Shown: positions 37,259 to 43,114 of the stretch, in pieces
Numbering within the stretch: the stretch's first letter is position 1
Layout: every line of letters begins with the position of its first letter
From: Paludibacteraceae bacterium
Lineage (GTDB): Bacteria > Bacteroidota > Bacteroidia > Bacteroidales > Paludibacteraceae
Direction: 5' to 3'
NCBI GenBank assembly: GCA_017650465.1
Contig: JAGCEW010000092.1
Location: 1-45,736 of the forward strand
DNA length: 45,736 nt
Position numbers and translations under genes: made by a program
Notes under the pieces: generated by a model
Seen by the model: only the letters and a program-made list of their open reading frames with translations
The model's database searches: none
Told to the model about the DNA's origin: nothing

Positions 37259-38889
37259 TGCATTATTTTAAGTATCTGAACGAGCAATTCGCATCTTCTT
37301 GGGACAAACCCGCGCTGAGCGATTACGGACAGGAAGGAAGTACGTATACATTTGGCGAACTGGCGCAAGCCATGCTTCGCCTGCATGCGTTGTTCCACAC
37401 TCTGGATGTTCAGCCCGGAGATAAGATTGCCATTGTCGGACGCAATTCCATGGCATGGGCAGTGGCGTATCTGGCGATAGCGTCTTACAAGGGCGTTGTC
37501 GTCTCCATTCTGCCGGATTTTACGCGCGAAGATATAGCCAAACTCTTGGAGCATAGCCAAAGCAAGATGCTTTTTGTCGGCCCGTATGTATGGAACGGAT
37601 TGGACGGAGAGTTGCTTGCCTTCAAGGGACCGGTGGTCTCGCTCAGCGATTTCTCACTCCTTCAGGGCGATAATGACATGCGTACCGGCTTTGTGGACTG
37701 GAAGTCCAAATGCGCGAACGGAACGTATGGTGTTGTTACGCGCGAAACGTTCCGCTTGCCGGAGGACGGTGACAAGGAACTGGCACTTATCAATTATACT
37801 TCCGGCTCAACGGGAAATCCCAAGGGCGTGATGCTCAATGCGGCATCGCTATGCAGCAATGTGGAGGCGGGATTGACGCTTCTGCCGGCACCGAAGAATG
37901 CAACGGTAGTATCCATTCTTCCGCTTGCCCACATGTTCGGTCAGGTGGCGGAGTTCCTTTATCCGCTTTGCACGGGGTGTCACATCTATTTCCTGGCAAA
38001 AACGCCGACACCTGCCATCCTGATGAAAGCCTTGCAGGAGGTCAAACCCTATATGTTGGTCATGGTGCCGTTGGTAATAGAGAAGATCTACCAGCGCAAT
38101 CTCTCAGTCCGTCTGTCGGGAAAACTTATTCATGCGCTGTGGAATGCACCGTTGATTGGGCATTTCATCCGCTTGAAAGTGAAGCAGAAACTCAACGAAT
38201 CGTTTGGCGGCCGTATTCGTTATTTCCTCTTGGGTGGTGCGGCTGTTCATCCTGATGTGGAGGATTGTTTGATGGATATACGGTTCCCGCTTTTGGTGGG
38301 ATATGGCATGACAGAGTGCGGACCGCTTATCGGCGGTTGCCGTGTCAAGGAGTTTCGCCGTCGCAGTTGCGGACGTGCGGTGCCGAATGTCGAAGTGCGT
38401 ATCAACAATCCCAATGTCGAAGGGGTCGGAGAAGTATGGGTACGCGGCACAAACGTCATGATGGGCTATTATCGTAATATGGAGGCCACCGATGAGGTCT
38501 TCGATGCCCAGGGATGGCTCAAGACCGGAGACCTTGGAATGATGGATAAGGATGGATTTATATACCTGAAAGGGCGCAAGAAAACCATGTTCCTTAACGC
38601 CAACGGACAGAATATATATCCCGAAGAAATTGAGTCGAAACTCAATGCCTTGGATGGAGTGGAGGAGAGCCTTATTGTAGAGCGAAAAGGTAAGCTCGTA
38701 GCACTTGTCTTCCCTGAGGATAAGACCAAAACGTGGAGCAAAGAGGCTATTCTGGAGGCAATGCAAGCTAACTTGCATAAACTGAACAAACTCATTCCAA
38801 ACTACTCGCAAGTGTCTGACATCGAGATCAAAGAAGATCCTTTCGAGAAGACGCCCAAAAAGAGTATAAAGCGGTTCTTATATGAATAA
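37258..38889 (+). CDS. AMP-binding enzyme (acyl-CoA ligase family), paralogue 2
   Basis: It has the same motif set (INYTSGSTGNPKGVML, GYGMTECGPL, TGDLGMMDKDGFIYLKGRKK, FEKTPKKSIKRFLY) and is collinear with paralogue 1. Confidence 0.88.
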   Translation: MHYFKYLNEQFASSWDKPALSDYGQEGSTYTFGELAQAMLRLHALFHTLDVQPGDKIAIVGRNSMAWAVAYLAIASYKGVVVSILPDFTREDIAKLLEHSQSKMLFVGPYVWNGLDGELLAFKGPVVSLSDFSLLQGDNDMRTGFVDWKSKCANGTYGVVTRETFRLPEDGDKELALINYTSGSTGNPKGVMLNAASLCSNVEAGLTLLPAPKNATVVSILPLAHMFGQVAEFLYPLCTGCHIYFLAKTPTPAILMKALQEVKPYMLVMVPLVIEKIYQRNLSVRLSGKLIHALWNAPLIGHFIRLKVKQKLNESFGGRIRYFLLGGAAVHPDVEDCLMDIRFPLLVGYGMTECGPLIGGCRVKEFRRRSCGRAVPNVEVRINNPNVEGVGEVWVRGTNVMMGYYRNMEATDEVFDAQGWLKTGDLGMMDKDGFIYLKGRKKTMFLNANGQNIYPEEIESKLNALDGVEESLIVERKGKLVALVFPEDKTKTWSKEAILEAMQANLHKLNKLIPNYSQVSDIEIKEDPFEKTPKKSIKRFLYE

Positions 38890-38912
38890 CGAAGAGGTAA
38901 AAAGAGACCAAT

Positions 38913-39443
38913 ATGCGACTGATAAAAAATCCGTGGATAGGAAAAGAAGGCTACAATTGTTTTGGCTGTTGTCCGACCAATCCGATTGGTTTGCAGATGC
39001 GTTTCTATGAGGATGGGGAAGACATCGTCTCCATCTGGCATCCTAATCTGCGCTATCAGTCGTGGATTAACACCATCCATGGCGGGGTACAAGCGGTTCT
39101 CTTGGACGAAGTCTGTGGCTGGGTAGCTTTCCACAAACTGCAGTTGTCCGGTGTCACAGCCAAGATGGAGTTGCGCTATCGTCGGCCGATGTTGGGTTCC
39201 ATGCCTTTCATTGAAGCGCGTGCGCACTTGGTGGAGCGCCGTCGCAATCTTGCTGTCATTCATGGGCAACTCTCCGACAATGAAGGAAACATACTCGTTG
39301 AGACTGATTGCACCTACTTCCTTTATGGCGAAAGCCAGATGCCTCAGGCGGTCGTTTCGGGTCATTCGGTGGCGATAGGGGAGGAACTGACGCGCGAAGA
39401 AGTCATTGCCCGCGAACTGAACGGAACACAAAGAATAAAATAG
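38913..39443 (+). CDS. PaaI-family hotdog-fold thioesterase
   Basis: 176 aa. Contains [17 protein letters not shown] and [17 protein letters not shown]. Confidence 0.8.
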   Translation: MRLIKNPWIGKEGYNCFGCCPTNPIGLQMRFYEDGEDIVSIWHPNLRYQSWINTIHGGVQAVLLDEVCGWVAFHKLQLSGVTAKMELRYRRPMLGSMPFIEARAHLVERRRNLAVIHGQLSDNEGNILVETDCTYFLYGESQMPQAVVSGHSVAIGEELTREEVIARELNGTQRIK

Positions 39444-39502
39444 TAAATGACATAAATGATGGAGCTATGTTTTTCCTCCATCGCAAAAAAACTGAAAACA
39501 AT

Positions 39503-39991
39503 ATGCGAACAAACACAGAATTGGAAGGCGTCAGCCTTCTCGGAAACCAGCACACGGTCTATCCTTCCGATTATGACCCGTCATTGTTGGAGACTTTTGT
39601 CAACAAGCACACGGAGAATGACTATCTTGTCACGCTTCATTGTCCGGAGTTCACCTCTCTTTGCCCGAAGACAGGGCAGCCCGATTACGGCACCATTCTC
39701 ATCTCGTATATCCCGCGTATTCGGATGGTTGAGTCCAAGAGCCTCAAACTCTACCTCTTCTCTTTCCGCAATCATGGTGATTTTCACGAGGATTGTGTCA
39801 ACATCATCATGAAGGATCTCATCCGTCTGATGGACCCGAAGTATATTGAGGTCACGGGCTTGTTCCATCCGCGTGGAGGTATTTCTATTTTGCCTTTTGC
39901 TTCTTGGGCGGACGGAGAGCATCAGGCGTTGCTGCAGCAGCGTTTGGCGGCTCGGATGGCGGATGTTTTGCAATACAAAAACAACTTCTGA
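39503..39991 (+). CDS. queF: NADPH-dependent 7-cyano-7-deazaguanine reductase (unimodular type)
   Basis: The ATG at 39503 gives a 162-aa protein. It has the catalytic-Cys region [15 protein letters not shown] and the QueF motif [16 protein letters not shown]. The 39308 start would overlap the thioesterase gene. Confidence 0.92.
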   Translation: MRTNTELEGVSLLGNQHTVYPSDYDPSLLETFVNKHTENDYLVTLHCPEFTSLCPKTGQPDYGTILISYIPRIRMVESKSLKLYLFSFRNHGDFHEDCVNIIMKDLIRLMDPKYIEVTGLFHPRGGISILPFASWADGEHQALLQQRLAARMADVLQYKNNF

Positions 39992-39994
39992 ACC

Positions 39995-40648
39995 ATGAAG
40001 GACACGCTCTTGATTTTGTCCGGAGGTTTAGACTCCGTCACGATGTTGTATGACTATCGCGATCGTATCGCTTTGGCGGTCACATTTGACTACGGAAGTC
40101 GTCATTCGCAGAACGAGATACCTTTTGCTCGTCATCATTGTCGCCAATTAGGCATCGAGCATCTGGTCATTTCGATGGATTTTATGCAACGCTATTTTCA
40201 TTCTTCGCTCTTGGTCGGCGGTGAGCCTATTCCCGAAGGAAACTACGACGATGACAATATGCGTTCCACCATAGTACCTTTCCGAAACGGTATTATGCTT
40301 TCCGTGGCGGCGGGTTTGGCGGAAGACCGTGGACTGAAAGCGGTTATGATGGCGAATCATGGTGGTGACCATGCCATCTATCCCGATTGTCGACCGGAAT
40401 TCGTTGCTGCGATGGACGGGGCGATGCAGGCGGGGACTTATCAGCATGTTCAGCTTTTGACGCCTTATACCGATTGGACGAAAGCGGACATCGTGCGGCG
40501 CGGGCATGCGCTGGGCGTGGATTATGCGCAAACCTGGAGTTGTTATAAGGGTGGCGAACGCCAGTGCGGACGTTGTGGCACTTGCACCGAGAGGAAGCAG
40601 GCCTTTGCCGATGCCGGAATTCCTGACCCTACTGTTTATCAATATTGA
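39995..40648 (+). CDS. queC: 7-cyano-7-deazaguanine synthase
   Basis: Has the SGGLDS PP-loop and the C-terminal Zn cluster CYKGGERQCGRCGTCTERKQAF. Confidence 0.95.
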   Translation: MKDTLLILSGGLDSVTMLYDYRDRIALAVTFDYGSRHSQNEIPFARHHCRQLGIEHLVISMDFMQRYFHSSLLVGGEPIPEGNYDDDNMRSTIVPFRNGIMLSVAAGLAEDRGLKAVMMANHGGDHAIYPDCRPEFVAAMDGAMQAGTYQHVQLLTPYTDWTKADIVRRGHALGVDYAQTWSCYKGGERQCGRCGTCTERKQAFADAGIPDPTVYQY

Positions 40649-40674
40649 ATATCTTTAACTTTATATATCGAACA

Positions 40675-41010
40675 ATGTACTACATAAAAAAGACACTTAC
40701 TATCTCGGCAGCCCATCATTTGGAACTGGATTACGAGAGCAAATGCAGCAATCTGCACGGCCACAACTGGACCGTTACGGTCTTCTGTCGCGCAGCACAA
40801 TTGGACAAAAACGGCATGGTCACCGACTTCAGCCACATCAAAGACCTCGTACAAGGCCAACTGGACCACACTTGTCTGAATGATGTCCTCGATTGTAACC
40901 CCACGGCGGAGAACCTCGCACGATGGATTTGTGAACGAATCAACCATTGCTATCGTGTCGAAGTGCAAGAATCCGAAGGAAATCTTGCTGTATACGAAAA
41001 GGAAGAATAA
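40675..41010 (+). CDS. queD: 6-carboxy-5,6,7,8-tetrahydropterin synthase
   Basis: The ATG at 40675 gives a 111-aa protein with AAHHL..CSNLHGHNW. The 40645 start in the track is TTG. Confidence 0.9.
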   Translation: MYYIKKTLTISAAHHLELDYESKCSNLHGHNWTVTVFCRAAQLDKNGMVTDFSHIKDLVQGQLDHTCLNDVLDCNPTAENLARWICERINHCYRVEVQESEGNLAVYEKEE

Positions 41011-41586
41011 ATGGAACCCACTGCGCACATCTATCGCATCAACGAGATTTTCTATTCGCTTCAGGGCGAAGGACTCCACGTCGGTATGCCGGCTGTCTTT
41101 GTGCGCTTCAGCGGTTGCAATCTCCGTTGCCCGTTTTGTGACACCGATTTCGCGGCTTTTTCCGAAATGACCACAGAGGACATCGTCGCGAGGGTACAGG
41201 ACTTATCGCCTTCCACCCAAACGCTGGTCATCCTCACGGGCGGAGAACCGATGCTGCAAGTCGATCAACCCCTCTTAGATGCCTTGCATCGCACCGGAAA
41301 AAACCTTTGCCTGGAGACCAACGGAACCCTTCCTGTCCCCGATGCTATCGACTTCGTCACTTGTTCACCCAAAGAGGGTAGTCGGGTAGTGCTCACCCAT
41401 GCCGATGAACTCAAAGTCGTCTTCTGCGGACAAGATGTGGAGCATTGGGCAAAAACCATCGCAGCACCCCACAACTATTTGCAACCCCTTTCGTGTTCCA
41501 ACACCGAAGCTGTCGTCGCTTATATCTTGCAACATCCCCACTGGGCTTTATCCCTACAAACACATAAACTAATCAACATCCGATAA
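41011..41586 (+). CDS. queE: 7-carboxy-7-deazaguanine synthase (radical SAM)
   Basis: Contains EIFYSLQGEG, the Cys cluster CNLRCPFCDT and ILTGGEP. Confidence 0.92.
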   Translation: MEPTAHIYRINEIFYSLQGEGLHVGMPAVFVRFSGCNLRCPFCDTDFAAFSEMTTEDIVARVQDLSPSTQTLVILTGGEPMLQVDQPLLDALHRTGKNLCLETNGTLPVPDAIDFVTCSPKEGSRVVLTHADELKVVFCGQDVEHWAKTIAAPHNYLQPLSCSNTEAVVAYILQHPHWALSLQTHKLINIR

Positions 41587-41607
41587 CTCACACCAATCTT
41601 TTCTCTT

Positions 41608-42768
41608 ATGGACACCAATCGTTTCTTTCAACTCTGGGAGCGTTTCAGCCGGTTCTTCGATTTCCGCGATTATATCGATGTCGAAGCGGGGGCGGAGAGT
41701 ATCCGTTCCAATGTCCGTTTCCGCGGACCGAACATCGCCATCTTGTTCTGTGCCATCGTCATCGCTTCGGTCGGATTGAACGTCAATTCCATCCCTGTTA
41801 TCATCGGTGCGATGTTGATTTCTCCGCTCATGTCGCCTATTATGGGCTTAGGTCTCGCCTTAGGCATCAACGACACGCGACTCCTCAACTCGTCTATCAA
41901 GAACCTTGTTGTCATGGTGGGTATATCCATCTTGGCGTCCACACTCTTTTTCGTCATATCGCCTTTGTACCTCGAACATCCCACCGAACTGTTGGCGCGC
42001 ACCAACCCCACCATCTATGACGTCCTCATTGCCCTCTTTGGCGGATTTGCGGGCATCATCGAGACCTCCCGTAAAAAGCAAGGAACGGTGATCGTCGGCG
42101 TCGCTATTGCCACAGCCCTTATGCCCCCGTTGTGTACCGTCGGCTACGGCTTGGCATCATTAGATATGTCCGTCTTCTTGGGCGCGCTGTACCTCTTCTT
42201 TATCAACCTCAGTTTCATCGCATTGGCTTCTTTGGTCGGAGTCAAACTCTTGCACTACCCGGTGGAACAAGGCACCAATCCTATCGCCAGAAAACGCAAC
42301 AGAGTCATTGTCTCCGTCTTTCTCATTGCCTTGGTCGTGCCCAGTATCTTGTCCGGAATTACCATGATTCGTGAAACCAATTTCACACGAAGTGCCAATG
42401 CATTCGTGACTGCCAATAAGTCACACGGCAAGAGTTATGTCTATGATTATAAAATCAATAGCTCCTCCAAACCCGCTACGGTCGAACTCTATATTGCCGG
42501 AGAAACTTTGGAAGAAGCGGACTATATCGACATCTATACCTCTGCTTTGGAGTATGGTATCCATCGCGAGCAGATTGTTTTCCACCAAGATGCCGCTTAT
42601 ACCAGTCCTACTGTCGATGAGAATCAGGTAGTTAGGGATATCCTCCACCATTACGAGGACTTGCTCAATGAGCGCCAACAGACCATCAACGCCCTCCATC
42701 GACGCATCGATTCGCTCGAAAACGCTGCTACTGCCCGTGAAAATCCCAACACTTCACAAGAAAATTAA
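41608..42768 (+). CDS. DUF389 family integral membrane protein
   Basis: Multiple TM helices. Contains GAMLISPLMSPIMGLGLALG and ATALMPPLCTVGYG, with a soluble C-terminal part. Confidence 0.8.
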   Translation: MDTNRFFQLWERFSRFFDFRDYIDVEAGAESIRSNVRFRGPNIAILFCAIVIASVGLNVNSIPVIIGAMLISPLMSPIMGLGLALGINDTRLLNSSIKNLVVMVGISILASTLFFVISPLYLEHPTELLARTNPTIYDVLIALFGGFAGIIETSRKKQGTVIVGVAIATALMPPLCTVGYGLASLDMSVFLGALYLFFINLSFIALASLVGVKLLHYPVEQGTNPIARKRNRVIVSVFLIALVVPSILSGITMIRETNFTRSANAFVTANKSHGKSYVYDYKINSSSKPATVELYIAGETLEEADYIDIYTSALEYGIHREQIVFHQDAAYTSPTVDENQVVRDILHHYEDLLNERQQTINALHRRIDSLENAATARENPNTSQEN

Positions 42769-42833
42769 CCCGCGTTGCTCGACTTTTCCTGCCCAAAAAT
42801 CCGAGCGGTAGTCTAATTTTGCTCAACCCATTT

Positions 42834-42869
42834 ACGCCTGACTCCTCGTTAGTCAGGCGTTCCTTTTTG
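42834..42869 (+). terminator. Intrinsic terminator ending the TetR-to-DUF389 gene string
   Basis: ACGCCTGACT - cctcgtt - AGTCAGGCGT forms a 10-bp perfect stem, followed by TCCTTTTTG. Confidence 0.85.
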
Positions 42870-42900
42870 TGCACTTTTTTGAGTACCTCTCGAACGAATT

Positions 42901-42922
42901 ACGGCAAAAAGACGGCAAAAGG
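42901..42922. repeat. Two tandem 11-bp units (ACGGCAAAAAG ACGGCAAAAGG)
   Basis: Read directly from the sequence; intergenic. Confidence 0.85.
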
Positions 42923-43055
42923 CCGAGTTATAAAGCCAACCCTGGCGAATCTCAACCTAAATGAATGAATGAGAGCGCAATACTATCGCAAAAACTGCAA
43001 AAACTTCTCAAAAATTTCTCTCTGTACACGATTTAAGAAAAAAAATGACCAAAAA

Positions 43056-43087
43056 TTTGTATATATGCTTTTTTTTTCGTATCTTTG
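43056..43087 (+). promoter_or_regulatory. Promoter of the Cys-module repeat protein gene
   Basis: TTTG at 43056-43059 and TATCTTTG at 43080-43087, with a 20-nt spacer containing T9. Phased A5 tracts lie upstream (42990, 42999, 43010). Confidence 0.7.
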
Positions 43088-43114
43088 CGCGGTAATTTGT
43101 AATATTGTGTGCTT

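Noticed and set aside
42866-42891. Promoter-like string TTTGTGCACTTTTTTGAGTACCTCTC after the DUF389 terminator
   Set aside because: The -7-like box is TACCTCTC rather than TAnnTTTG, the spacing is only 14 nt, and no ORF follows. It may be a decayed promoter remnant.
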